In this document: positions 25,092-39,912 of the stretch, in pieces
Position numbering within the stretch: position 1 is the first letter of the stretch
Layout: each line of letters begins with the position of its first letter
Assembly (NCBI GenBank): GCA_905331295.1
Contig: CAJNYD010000173.1
Coordinates: 1 to 57,252, forward strand
DNA length: 57,252 bases
Source of the DNA: Rotaria socialis
Lineage: Eukaryota
Direction of reading: 5' to 3'
Translations under genes and position numbers: made by a program
The notes under the pieces: model-generated
The model's input: the letters and a program-made list of their open reading frames with translations, nothing else
What the model was told of the DNA's origin: nothing
The model's database searches: none

Positions 25092-28000
25092 AACAATAAT
25101 AGAATTTAGATAAGTTACAAAAACTAAAACTAAAATGAAAAAGAGATATAAAATTGGCAAATATTTATTTGAATTAAATGATTCATTATGTGTACACAGT
25201 AAGTAAAGATAACTCCTATCTTATATTCATTTCAGACGCACTACGATCTTGTAATTCATATGATAAAAAAAATTTCTATCTTAACGACCCAATATCACAA
25301 TTTTTTTTCTTTCTAATCACATTTGGCTACTCATGCACAAAAGAAAAAGAGAGAAAAAACACTCGTCTGTCCGACAGGTTCATTCAACTGGAACAGAGGG
25401 CATCTTTCTATAAATGCATTTTGTTATAATAAGGTATGCAAGAAAAAGTTACTAGAGGCTTCTGTTACGAAATTAAAGACGGAATATTCTTAATCATGCA
25501 ATAGTTGTGGGTGGGGTGCAATCGATTTGAAGAGACTTTTTCAAACAAAAAAAAAGAAAAAAAATCAACTTCACTTTGCCCTTTATATCAATAAAATAAT
25601 AGGGCTCGACCGTTTGTTGCTTTATTACATCCTCCGTTTTTTTTCTTCTATTAAAGATGAAGAACATAAAAGACTGTGCCATCCTATGCGCTTTTTTTCT
25701 TTCTTTCCTCTAAAATGCTTCAGTAAGTCATGTCTATTACAATGGCTTTCATGTAAAAATTAAAAAACTCAGTCCATGCATTTTTTTAACCTTTACATAC
25801 ATTTCAAAGCCTGTTGAGCTTTATGTCATTTGCATACTTTTTCTAAATCCTTCATTATGCGTAACTCAACATACACGACCTATAATCCGACTCGATTTTT
25901 TTATTCAAAAAAGAAAAATAATATATCGTCGGTAAAATCGTATTACTAATATTATAAAGGAAAGGTTCACTCACATATTTATATATGTATCTCAATAGTG
26001 TAAAGGAATGACGCATCGTATTGACCGCATTCTATAGTATGAATCAGGATAAATGCCTTATCTCTCTCTATCGCTAGCAAGATTCTCATTTGCTTTTTAT
26101 AAGACTCGTAATCTTTATCGTCGTTGCCTTGTTGTTGTTTGACTATTCCGTTACACATTATACAACTTTTGTTACCTGATACAATTTGGCAAAACAAGAG
26201 AGAGAGAGAAAGTCAAACTCGAGTCATAAAATGGCGACAACTCAAAATTATATCTATATATATATATATATATATCTTTTTTTTTCCTTTCCTTTTTTTT
26301 CTTCTTTACTTTGTTTAGTGTCGTTCGTGACGAACATTATGGTTACATGTCGTCATGACAAATGTTGATTGTTTAACTATGGTTTCTATTTGTCATCCCT
26401 AGTAGTTGATGACAACTAACGGGCATCACTTAGTTTTGCATATTGTTTTCTTTTTACATCAGAACGAAGAAGACGAAGAAGAAAAAAGAAGCGCAAAAAA
26501 GGACAGAAAAACAAATGTATACCAAGGACAGTTCTGTCGGAGCGTGTATCATCGCATATTCAAGGCGATGAACTGGCTAATAAATCATCACAGCTGTTAG
26601 ATACTTGTCAAAAGGAAGACGAAAAAATAGATACTAAACGGTTTATCAATATATTTCTTTCATTAATGCGACAGCTCGCATCAAAAACACTGTAATAGCG
26701 TCAGACCATTTTGATCTTTCTTTGTTTTCTTTTCTATTTCAGACACACAAAACCAAATGTATTCGTCAGATATTATTTATCTAAATCGTTCTAATTGAAA
26801 TATGATTATATTTTTGAATATTTGTGTCTGATCGAAGATAAACGAATAAATTACGCACATGATACATGCATAAAGTGTACGTCAATATTTGTAGTTTTAA
26901 AAGAAGTCATTTGCGTTCTGCAGGTAAATATATGCTCAGCAAATCAGTATACGTAGTATGTAACCGATTGATAATGTTTCAAATTCGATATACAGTCACT
27001 AGCAACAGGAAGCATTAGTAAAATAAATTACGTACATGATGAGTAATTCTTTTTCTTTTCGATTGGTGTTACTCATTGATTTTTTTATGAAGTATTACGA
27101 AGTGAGCTGGATACACTTTTATTTTGTGAAGGATTGTTTTTTCATTGATTTCAATGCGATTGGATAGGCTACGCTGAGGTGATCATAAGCAGATAGTTTC
27201 GATTTTGAATTGATGATTGTCAAGGTCAACAACGGATGCTGTTTTGTGTAGGCAAGCGATGAAAGAGAAACACCGAACTTTTGGAGTTTCACTGGAAGAG
27301 AATAATAATTTCTTTAAATCAATAGCTAGTTCAAATAGAAAAACAAGACTAGGATTTGATTCATTAGTAAGTACGTATGAATCGAGTTTTTTTTTCTAGA
27401 GGCACGAGTAAATTTCAATGCTGCTGATGTTGTAAACTACTATCAAACCCTCAATAAGCGCCAAAGTATTTATATTTTATCGTGATTGTAAACCTAGTTG
27501 AGATTTACAACTTTAGATAAATGAAAATGCTGTGGCAGAATTGTAATCCTTCAAATTACCCGTTTACTATCTTCAAGGTTTTGTTCTCAGTATTAATTCT
27601 ATAAAAGAAAAACTAATATTAACATCCTCGGCCATCGTTATTGAGCGTCAACAGAACAATAAACCTCTTCACATAAATTTCACTAAAATATAATTTCTAC
27701 CAAAAAAATCCTTTTGATCTTATTTATATTTGAACGTTCTTTGAGCCTATTGAGAGCCGAGAAAATTTTCTCGATTCTACTTCTTTATCGAATATGATGC
27801 AATGTTTTTAGAGTATGCTCAAATAGGTAACAAGTTAAGTGCAATTGCAGTTTAAAATTTGACGTGGAAGAAAAATATTAACTTATATGCATGAATGCTA
27901 ACGTTTCAGCCAAAAATAACTCTAATTTCCATGGAGCATATGCATTCATGATTAACAAATCAAGTTTGAGCCAGTAATAACAACAGCACTTCACTCGTAT

Positions 28001-29556
28001 AAAGCAAATATTCGTATCATGCTTCAGTATATAGAAAAATAACTTCATTAAAAGATTAGTTTTGATTGACAAGAATTACAAAGTGAAGTATAGTAATCAC
28101 TATCGTGTAGTCACTTGCAGACAGCAAGGTATCAGAGATAAGAGAAGTCTGAAGCATCGTTTGTTATCTTTTCTTTGTTTTATTCAGCGAAAACGAAAAG
28201 AAACGTTTTTTTAGGCAGAATAAAAATCTATTGCATAATACGCAAGCGTTTTACGACAAGAGTCTCTTATCAGATATTTTACTGGTAAGACGGCCATCGA
28301 TTTTTCTATCGAAACCGAAAGATCGATTTATTGTCACTCGATGGTAAAATCTAAATCATATAATACAATTCATTTTTGATTGTATAGAACGGCATAGACG
28401 TAACATGCTATTGTTGCTTTCAATGAAGAAAAGATCGTTCATTGGGTCAAGGAGATAGAAGCGATATCGTAAAAACATCAAATAGTATAGATTTCATTAT
28501 GATTGAAAACTGGCTTCTCCTTCTCTTTGCAGTAGAACATAGAACTACCAATCTTTTTGTTAGATCAAAAAAGCGGCATTAATTATAGACCGGAAGACTT
28601 GTATGAAGAACAAATCGTAAATGATATAAAAGCTATTTAATGTTTAATAATTCAAATATTGAAGTAATTCTCAACTAACATTCTTATATTATTTAAACAC
28701 TGGATAGAATCTTGTTGTTTTATTCAAAGTAGGTTAATAAAATAAAAAAGTTCTTAATTACTTAAAAGGCATGGCATTAACTAGATCATATGCCATAGAC
28801 AAATGAAAAGAAATGGAAAAAAAATACATCAGCAGAGATGATTTTTCATGTCTTGAATAAATTCAACTATGAAGATGAAATATAAATATGACTTTTTTAA
28901 CAAAAGCACAGCGAGAACGGTAGAAAAGAGCATCGCTTTGAACGAAATCTATGACAAATAGACGACCTATCAAAGAATATTAATTCCGATTGTTATAATT
29001 TAACGATTCTTTTTCTTATGGATTTGCACCAAACAAATGGCATGTGTGTATGACATCGATTATTAAACAACTACAATTGAATTTTTAGACAAAAGAACCC
29101 ATCATTAAATCATGTAAAAATTTTACTGGCGACAAAATATACTTTTATTATCAGAGCCCATTTCGAAGTTCTATTGAACAATTTTTTCCTACTTTCTGTG
29201 CATGAAGGTGTAATTTATATCAATTTGATATTCTAGACAAGCCAAGGTTAAAGATGTGAATCAGGGTTACCAAATTCAAATTTTAGAAATCAGGAAATTG
29301 TCTTCCTAAATCAGAAGAAAAATCAGGAGTGTTTTTTTTTACATTGAACAGTCATTCGATGATTTTCATCTGATAACTGCCGATTGTTCACTAATAGATG
29401 CATTAACCTCCCATTCCTATAATGGGATTGATGTTGAAAATTTTCCTTATAGACGATGTAAATTGAAAATAGAATGCTGATTCCATAAGGTTTATTTAAA
29501 TAGATAATTAAAACGTGTTCATTAGAATACATGGAAAAACTGCTTAGCCAACTTAC

Positions 29557-29995
29557 CAAGGGGGGAACAGCAGACTCCGTCTGACTCCAAGAAGATGGAG
29601 TCTCTCATTTCCTTCTTGACAGTATGACTCAGTACCCGGAAGTTGAATTTCCATTACAGAATAAACAGTTCAGCTTTGGGAAGTCTACTTCCGGGTACTG
29701 AGTAATATTGTTCTGTTATGGGACGTTTTTTTGGACAATTTCCGACAAAGAAGGAGACTAATAACTATTTTATATAATGATACATATGGCAGAAAAAAGT
29801 AAAAATGTATCAGTTTCCCATTTCTATAATAATTTTTTCGAGATCAACAGTGATTTTGCGATACTTACTGTGGCTCCTCGTGTTTAGGCATGGCTCCCTG
29901 GGATCCTATGTGATTCTATGCAACCAGCTGACTCCATGTGATTCCGGATGACTCCACCTGACTCCGAGGAGTTGGAGTCTGCTGTTTTCCCCTTG
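29557..29995. mobile_element. MITE-like element
   Basis: TIR CAAGGGGGGAACAGCAGACTCC / GGAGTCTGCTGTTTTCCCCTTG; GACTCC subrepeats; internal inverted repeat ACTCAGTACCCGGAAGT / ACTTCCGGGTACTGAGT. Confidence 0.75.
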
Positions 29996-31295
29996 CAATT
30001 TATTCAGCAATTCGTGGCACTTTTGCGACGTGACTCTACTTAAATCTAGCAATCGAATACATGTTTCGAAAGATCTGGTTCATTTAACAGATGATCACCG
30101 AGTTCTTGTCAAGTAAAATAGGCAGTGTTGCCAGATCCACACATCTTGTGAAAAAATTCCAGATTTCGAAAGTTTTACTGAATTTTCAAAGTTTTTCTCG
30201 ATTTTTTTCTCAATTTCGAAAAACAAATTCCGGAACTTTTTGGATTTTCCAGTAGTGTCAAACCTGAAATCAGTTGAAAATTGAAATTTTCAACCATACA
30301 GTGCCAAATCTTAAACTGTTACTAATTTTAGAATAAGTGTGTCAGAATTTTCTCAATTTCAAATTTTCAAAGCGTAAAAGTTTGAAAAATTCTGCGAATC
30401 GGAAATCGACATTAAATTTAGCGAATTCCACTAGAATCTAGAACCCTATAATTTCAAATTCTCAGCAGATACCAGACATCAGATATTTACTTTGTACGTA
30501 TGATTTCAAATTCTCAACATATACAGCATGCTTACTTCGTACCTACAGTTTCAAATTCTCAGGGGATATCATATATTTATCTTTGTGCATCATTTCAAAT
30601 GCAGCAAAAAGCGAATAGCAAACATTTACGTACTGTTTCTATTACAAGTAACCGCCGTAGTCAAACATTTTCATTCATGCACTTGTCAAGACTTGAGCTC
30701 AAGATATGTTCATAGTGCATGACTTTCTTGATCAAGAAGGTCAAGAATTGCATGCGCTTGCAAAAAAGAAGTTCGACTATAGCAGAAAACCAGATATCAC
30801 ATATTTATCTACCATCTCTATTGAAGCTAACCACAAGATTAGAATCAAGTATCCAATGTCATCTCGATTAAAAGTGATTGCACCATCCAGCGTCAAATAT
30901 CTAATATTTTCTCTTCGCTTAATATAATAGATTCTAATAAAATTATAACACCGCTTCAATTATGAATACTTGAAATTCGTTTTTACTAACCCCTTGTTTG
31001 ATTTAGATTAATTAAAAAAACGATTTTCTTTTTCAAAAACACAATAAAGATCGCAATTATGAATGTTTTTTCACTATTTTTAACAGGCCCTTTACTAACG
31101 AGGGAAGGTCCTTGAGTGTGTCCGGCCGATTTTAACGAAATCTACAGAGGTTAGTTAGGTTCACTGTTAGTATCTCATCTATGCAGATTTCAGCTGCCCA
31201 GACTCAACCGGTGAAGCCTTGGAAGCAAAATGTTTTTCCATGTCAAACCCTGAGGATGACCACAGGCACTTTTTCGACCAAAACAAAATCACAAA

Positions 31296-31364
31296 GAGTG
31301 TGGGTGTGAGTGTGGCAAGGTGGTTTTACTTTTCTCTTTATCCACACCCACACCCACACCCCAC
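31296..31364. repeat. Telomere-like inverted site F: GAGTGTGGGTGTGAGTGTGG-spacer-CCACACCCACACCCACACCCCAC
   Basis: Direct reading. Confidence 0.8.
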
Positions 31365-31699
31365 GCAGAATTTTCGAAATCAACTAATGACCCTATATAA
31401 ATTTACTTTTCCGTTAATGCTTTGCATATTCCCCAATGTGTTTTGTTCCCTAATCAAATCATGTTTGTAAGAAAATATAAACACAATGTTTACTGCTATC
31501 GTTATAATTTGCTGCTGAACTCGATGGTGTGACGAAGAGGTATCCACAGGGCTGAGTGCGCATTGTTTCCGTTAGCGAATTTAACCATAGGAAGCCTACT
31601 CGAGCTATGAGCTAACTTTCATTGGAGAGATCTGCTTATTTAATTGAATTACTTCGGTGTGCCTAAATTGTGTTTTTTTTTATTGAAAGCAAACAAAAG

Positions 31700-32124
31700 C
31701 AATACTTGTAACAAAAATAAAAAAAATAGGGGTAGCGATGGAATGAATGAAACAAAGTATCTAGTCAAGAATAATGATGGTTCTCTTGCTGATTTCATAC
31801 ATCCAGACGAGAAAGATACAATCAGCCGAGGTAAAGCTAAAATAACCAATAATATAGAATTAATAATCAGATTTTTATGTTTAAGAAACTGTTCCTGTAA
31901 ACTCTTTGCATACGATTATTTTTTTTATGCACTGTTTCCCGTTTCTCAGCAATACAAAGAATGATACCAACAGTTGAGATAAGTTTAAGCCCGAACGGAA
32001 CAATGAAATGAAAAATATTGATGAATAAATTGTAGTTTTCAATACTTGATGTTAACCGAATCAAGCAGCATGTTCGTTTTACTTCTTCATCATTAATCAG
32101 GCCTCGATAAATAGGATCGTGCAC
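31700..32124 (-). pseudogene. 5'-truncated, frameshifted fragment of a rhodopsin-like GPCR (ECL2 to TM7 region); 3' boundary approximate
   Basis: HDPIYRGLINDEEVKRTCC..INIFHFIVPF.. then, after a frameshift near the poly-A at ~31920, LQEQFLKHKNLII..LVILALPRLIVSFSSGCMKSAREP..YFVSFIPS. I recognise this as resembling the C-terminus of rotifer-expanded GPCRs. Confidence 0.75.
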
Positions 32125-32125
32125 A

Positions 32126-32165
32126 GGGTGCGGATCCCAAGCGAAGACCCGCACCCACACCCTCA
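32126..32165. repeat. Telomere-like inverted site G: GGGTGCGG-ATCCCAAGCGAAG-ACCCGCACCCACACCCTCA
   Basis: Direct reading; coincides with the truncation point of the GPCR fragment. Confidence 0.75.
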
Positions 32166-32320
32166 GCGACAAACTATTCACATCAGTATATTCGATAGTA
32201 GCCGAAACATGGCGTCATCTGTCTAGAGAATGAAACATTCGTTAGCTTTATCATCGTATGCAAGTAAGGGTACTTTGATTGATTTAATTTTTCGTCAAAT
32301 TTCCGTTAAAAAAAGAATTC

Positions 32321-33694
32321 ATGGCTCAATCTTCTAAAAAATCTGAAGACCATTCGACTACAAAATATTGTTGTGTTACTTGTGGTACTGCCACTGATGA
32401 ACTTTCACACCATTATAAAGAAGGTGTTATAAAAATTATTCATTGTGTAAGACAAAATAATCGGTTGAAGACCAACAAATTGTTTACTTAATTATAGAAA
32501 CAATGCCAGAATCCTGTTGATCCTTATATTGAACTAGATGATTTACTTGTATTTATTGATTTTGTATTACTTAAACTACGAGCACATCGACATGTCCTAT
32601 TTAATATTGATAAAATCAAATATAACGTAACGAAACATTTCCAACTAAAGTATTTTTTTTTATAAAAACGAATTCATTTTTCTCTGCAGCACATTATCAA
32701 ATTATGTTTTGCATTTATTCTGGCTAATGCTTATATTAAGTGGTTCCATCTAAAAAATGATCAATATCAATCGATTATTAATCATGATCACAATATTTTC
32801 TTTGCGCTTGAATATGGTTTTTATGTGAAACTGATAGAATCATTTCTTGGTAAAACAATTCCTTTTTTTTGTGCCGTAAGATGTCATTTTTTCTCTCTAT
32901 AGAATATGCAGTACGATTTGGTTTTATATTAATTATATCAATGCTTGAATATAGACAAGATTGGACGAAAGAAAAGTGCGTACACTAAATATAGAAAATT
33001 ACAAAAAAATGAACCTTTGTTCCTACGAGAAACGTTTAATTTTTCGGCATATAAGTATCTGTCTAAGGCATAAAGGGAGTTTGAAATATAAAAAAAACAG
33101 TTTTCGGAAACAAATTGAGATAAAGAACATTTTAAAGGATTTCAACTATCAAAACACTCCTGTTCTAACAGAAATCATGAAAAAAAGCTTCTCATTATCT
33201 GCAACGTGATCACGAGTATTGACGAAGAAATTCTACAACATTTTTTCTCTAAATGGACACAGGCAGTAGAATTATCGGGGCAAAAAAAAGTGGTCTGGCG
33301 TATCTCTTAACGTGACTATAATCGGATTCTTTATTCATTTAGTTTCTCATGATGACATAATCTCTATTTCGCTAGATCAATTCTTCTCTTTCGTGCACTT
33401 GTCCTTTCAAGTATTGGCCAATTATTTATCTTGCCATTGCTCATATGGAGTCCAGATCATCGTGATTATTACGATATTCTAATTTCTTATATATTTACAA
33501 CTCTTTGCCATGCACAAGTACTTAATGGTAAATAGATTTTGCTAATTTATTGTTTATCTATAAAAGAAATCGTTTGTTTAGCATCTCGATTATTATCACC
33601 ATTGATCTCGTTTCTGTCATCAACAACAGCTATACTGTTATCAAAATTTTTTGTTTTATTTTTTCCAACAAATTATTTTTTAACAAATGTCTAA
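32321..33694 (+). CDS. ARV1: Protein ARV1 (multi-exon)
   Basis: YCCVTCG..IKIIHC|KQCQNPVDPYIELD..FIDFVLLK.RAHRHVLFN Zn-finger/ARV1 homology domain followed by hydrophobic segments; internal exon borders approximate. Confidence 0.88.
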
Positions 33695-33717
33695 CATAGA
33701 AAAAATATCCTCAAGTA

Positions 33718-35580
<1,863 letters not shown>

Positions 35581-35826
35581 TTAATGTATCATGGAGTCGA
35601 TATGATGAATCACCATAACAACGACTCAATCGTTAATTGATATTGCAGAGGGCAAAAAGATTGTAGATGTCGCAATGTGCCTGTGATCAGTTTTCTTTTA
35701 CTGATTAGCATTTCATTCAACTCACAAGAGAGAAAATTTATTGTGATGCATGCGAAACATAAGTGTTTATACACAAAAATAGTTTATTGTTTTGCTTTTC
35801 GATACATGTTTGTTTTTTTATTTTAT

Positions 35827-36739
35827 TTATTTGACAAAACAATCTTTGCCAGCAGCGCAAATACAGTTGTTGAGATCAAGATGAATACGATTTTGCCAAC
35901 CAAGCTGACGAATTAAGTGAAGAATCCACGTGGCACAAAATTCGCCTACTTCTTTACGATCTTTCGATGCAAGAGCAGGTTTCGCGTGCTCATCAACTAA
36001 GCCTGTTAATAAATAGGTCACATAGTTAGGACAAAAATTTTCACGACATGCTTCAGCTTCGTCATTGCTGCTCACTGAGCCACAACTTGTTTGACAAGTA
36101 TCAAGATAGAGTTCTTGACGGTCGTTCATTGACGGTGCTGCCATACTACTAATAACTAAAGAAGAAGAAGAAGAAGAAATACGTTACATAGATTTGGGTG
36201 TGGGTGCGGGTACTCGGGGTGATGCCTGAGTTGTATACCTTGGGGTGTGAGTGTGGTTGTAGGGGTATAAATGTATTCATATGTCGCATATATCGGAACG
36301 TTAAAGTAAAACTAAATCTATTCCTAGATTTAGTTTTAGTTTAACTTTTTCTTTCCTCCATTTATATTCGAACTCGAATTAGACAGCTACTCGTCTATAA
36401 AGATTCCTTTGACAAAAGAAAAAAAATCGGATGTATGATAAATGTAAAAGGCCATTTCTTTTTCCGTTTGTCAATATCGTAATAATGAGCTTATTCACCA
36501 GAGAATTTTATTCGCGTTCAAGACAAATAACAATTTTCTCAATGGTTTGTTAACAGATCAAGATGACGAGTTAACCGATGGAAGTAGTTATGAATGAAAA
36601 TGTTATTAGGAATCATTTAACGGAAATCATTCGTACGCGAACAAAAGAAACAACTAATCGCCGGAAAACGGAAAGGCTCTAAAAACATTTGTTTGTACTT
36701 ACCAAACATGCCCAAAATAAGAAGACTAATTGGAACCAT
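35827..36739 (-). CDS. Small secreted cysteine-rich protein (~121 aa, 2 exons), unknown family
   Basis: Exon 1 36703-36739 (MVPISLLILGMF, donor GTAAGT) splices in frame to exon 2 35827-36155, giving a signal peptide and a mature region with 8 Cys. Confidence 0.75.
36195..36266. repeat. Telomere-like site H, two G-rich tracts in the same orientation, intronic
   Basis: TGGGTGTGGGTGCGGGT ... TGGGGTGTGAGTGTGGTTGTAGGGGT. Confidence 0.65.
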
Positions 36740-38972
36740 GATTGAAAAAATGTTTTTGGATGCAAATATTGCGGATATTGTAAATAAACCAGTGTTATTA
36801 GATTGCTATCTGAAATAATTTATATTGAATTCAAAAATAAATAGCCAACCTAAAGTATTTCTTTTGATTATTCTCATCCTACGAAAGATACTTTCTCATT
36901 TTTCCGTTACTGAAAAACCTTTGCGATAAAGAAATTAGCATAAATTGATCATCTCTATTCTTATGAGTAAAGCAAAATAAAAATATGCGACTCGATTGCA
37001 CGAAAGAAAGAAAAAAAAAGCAGCGGGAAACATTCCTTACTATCATGTTAGCTTTCATTTATGCATCATGAGCATTGTTAAAAAGTGAGACGGATTAGTC
37101 GGGAAACGAGAGAAAAATTGACTAGATCCTTCTCTCTCTCTCTCTCTCAGTTCTTATTGTTCGTAGAAATAGCTTTGTTTTTTCATCAATGAAAGCTAAC
37201 ATGAACTAAATAAATTTAATAAAAAGTAACTCAGAGAAGCAATACTAATACACAGTTTAATTACATTTATAACATGTTGCATGATATATAAATAGCAGAA
37301 AAAAGTGTCAAATTATTAAATGATTAAATCTGTAAGCATAAAAACGCAACCTGTCAGTAATAAAAATGCGACCATAGAATATGATAACATTCTAATATAA
37401 GAAGATCTTTTTTCTTTTAATTTTGATAGACATAAGTATAAGCATGACAACAGATTTTCAAGGCAGTCAATAAACGATTTTTTACTGCACGAAGAAATTC
37501 GCTTGCACCTGCTTCGTGTCTGATTTAATTTTAATTTAGGATTTTTTCAGTATTTTTTATCAATTTTTCTAATTGTCTACCCTAATGATTCGCATCCTAG
37601 TGGGACGATACGCTAATTCCCTAATGAATATTGGTTTGTTCAATGGCAAAGACTTTCTTCTTTTGGCTATTTTCATGCGAGTCAAATATTTGAAAATAAT
37701 AATTCATCATTTTTTCGAAATATTAGTATCTTTGAAAATACTGAGACCGATTGGAAGATTAACAATATATGAACCAAAATATATCTTCGACCGATAAGCC
37801 AGTAGTATCAATAAGATGATGGTCATTTATTTCGTACTCGGTATAATTAGTCCTTGTCGTTTAATGGTCAACAAGAAAATAAAATTTCCGACATGAAAAG
37901 TATAACCACTCATATAGAGAATTTAGAGCTGACAGGTAATCAAATCTCGGCAAACGGATCTGAAATCATGCACTGACTAATTCCTAACACAACAGATATA
38001 ACCAATGATTATTTTTGTTGGTGTTAAAAAAGTATCTAAAAATCTATTACTATGGCTCAGAATCGTTGATATAAATGTTTTGATGTAAATTCACAGTATC
38101 CATAATTTTTACTAGGAGAATTTGTAATTCATCGTTTTATTTAGTTTTCAATATTTTCAAATTATCATAATTAAAAATTTTTTACGATTACTTTACTTTC
38201 GTATCAATGATGACAAAATATCATATTCGTCCGTTCATTTATCAAAGCGAATGAAAGCAGAAAAACGATTAGCCAATAAAATCAGTAAGACAATACAATA
38301 GATCAGTCTATTTGTTGACTTTTCTCGTAGACATGCTGTAATTCGATAGCACTCATAATAAGCTGTATTGAGTTAAGCGCTAGAATTGCTTGTTATTGAA
38401 TCACGAAATATGAGTTTAAAAAAGGAATTCTGATAACGGGAATGTGTAGGCTCATGTGATTGAACGTCAACGATTCTATTGAGAAGATAAGGCACTCTTA
38501 AAGAAACGAAAGGTTATTGCATGCATTAAATCAATCATTTTTGAAATAAAAAAATTTATTTTAACAGAACGTAGCAATTGATATAAAAAAAACACACAAT
38601 TGAATCTCCGAAAATGTTTGACTATTTCATTCCGATCATCCAAAATATCGTCAATACGAGTAACACTAAATAACCAAATGCATTCTTTAATCATTTTTTT
38701 TCAACTTTTATTTCAACTTTACTATATCGTTTATGTATAATGAGATTTAATCATCAATCTCTTATTCTCTTGACATATTTATATCAAGGCTAGAAGGTAC
38801 AAATCCGTCTCTATTTATTGCATCGTTCGATTATCATTTATGTCGTCTTTTACTGATATGCAAATACGAAATGACTCAAATATCATCGTAACGAAATAAT
38901 TCTACGGCCATTGTTTTTCTTTTTTGTTGTTTCTCTCTTCAGTTCAATTATCAACAGACTTAACTTGCAATC

Positions 38973-39875
38973 ATGTACATCCATCTATTCGCCATTTTGA
39001 TTGGTAGTAATCTTTTATTACTGTCAACATGTTTAATAATTCATAAACATCGTGTAAAAGATAGCGAAGAAACGTGTCTCGACAATTATTTTCGATCAAT
39101 AACTACAAATTATCTACGACCATGCTATATAGATAACTATCGAGATCGTTCTATATTTGTTTGGTTTACAATCGAACAATCACTCTTTCATATATTTCGT
39201 GGATATCGTTTTGTATTACGATCTATCGATGAAATATCCCTATCGACTATTAATGTACATATCCTAACTAATTTTACGCAATTAATTGATGCAAACAATA
39301 GTCTACATATCTTAAATCTTGATCCTGGCCTATATGAAGTGTGTGTTGATTTTCAATCGTATTCAACGTCTTATATTTATTCGCCACGTAATGGTTGTGT
39401 ATTTATTCGTCGAACTGAATTATTAAATAGTTCATTTAAACAAAATTCCACACAATTAGTTATGGCATCAATTGTTGGTATTATTCTTTTTCTAATTGTT
39501 ACTGTTTGCTTTCAACTGATAAAATTATCTCGAAGAGAAAAAGACGATTCCGAACAGCGAATTAAACGATCAATGATGCTTTCGTCAAAAAAACAACGTA
39601 ATCATCTACTAAGAAAATTATTTCGTCGTCATACAAACGATCAACCTGATAGTTCACGTTTACGACAATGGATACCTAATCGAGTTTTTCGCAAGTATTT
39701 TTCAATTAAAAAACTGTCAAGGCAAACCGAACAGATTTCAACAAAGAAGAAAGTTAGTTCACAGAAAAATCTTCCGTCACCAGTACCAACTTCGACGACA
39801 AATGATATTTACACAATTCCAATGAACAGATTTTCATTTTATTTAACTCCATCAGAAGAATTCGAATTTATTTAG
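38973..39875 (+). CDS. Single-pass membrane protein, 300 aa, possible FN3-like ectodomain
   Basis: Hydrophobic N-terminus, LDPGLYEVCV motif, TM segment (LVMASIVGIILFLIVTVCFQLI), basic cytoplasmic tail. Confidence 0.7.
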   Translation: MYIHLFAILIGSNLLLLSTCLIIHKHRVKDSEETCLDNYFRSITTNYLRPCYIDNYRDRSIFVWFTIEQSLFHIFRGYRFVLRSIDEISLSTINVHILTNFTQLIDANNSLHILNLDPGLYEVCVDFQSYSTSYIYSPRNGCVFIRRTELLNSSFKQNSTQLVMASIVGIILFLIVTVCFQLIKLSRREKDDSEQRIKRSMMLSSKKQRNHLLRKLFRRHTNDQPDSSRLRQWIPNRVFRKYFSIKKLSRQTEQISTKKKVSSQKNLPSPVPTSTTNDIYTIPMNRFSFYLTPSEEFEFI

Positions 39876-39912
39876 AATGATCTTTTCTTTTTTAGAAAAA
39901 AGAAATGTGTTT

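Noticed and set aside
25505..25520. TTGTGGGTGGGGTG G-rich tract
   Set aside because: Too short and has no partner arm; could be chance or a promoter element.
25178..29550. Numerous 60-85 aa ORFs in the long intergenic region
   Set aside because: AT-rich, F/I/K-biased, often non-ATG starts, with no splice-consistent model or domain.
30124..30140. CAGTGTTGCCAGA, a hAT-like terminus
   Set aside because: No matching opposite terminus or TSD found nearby.
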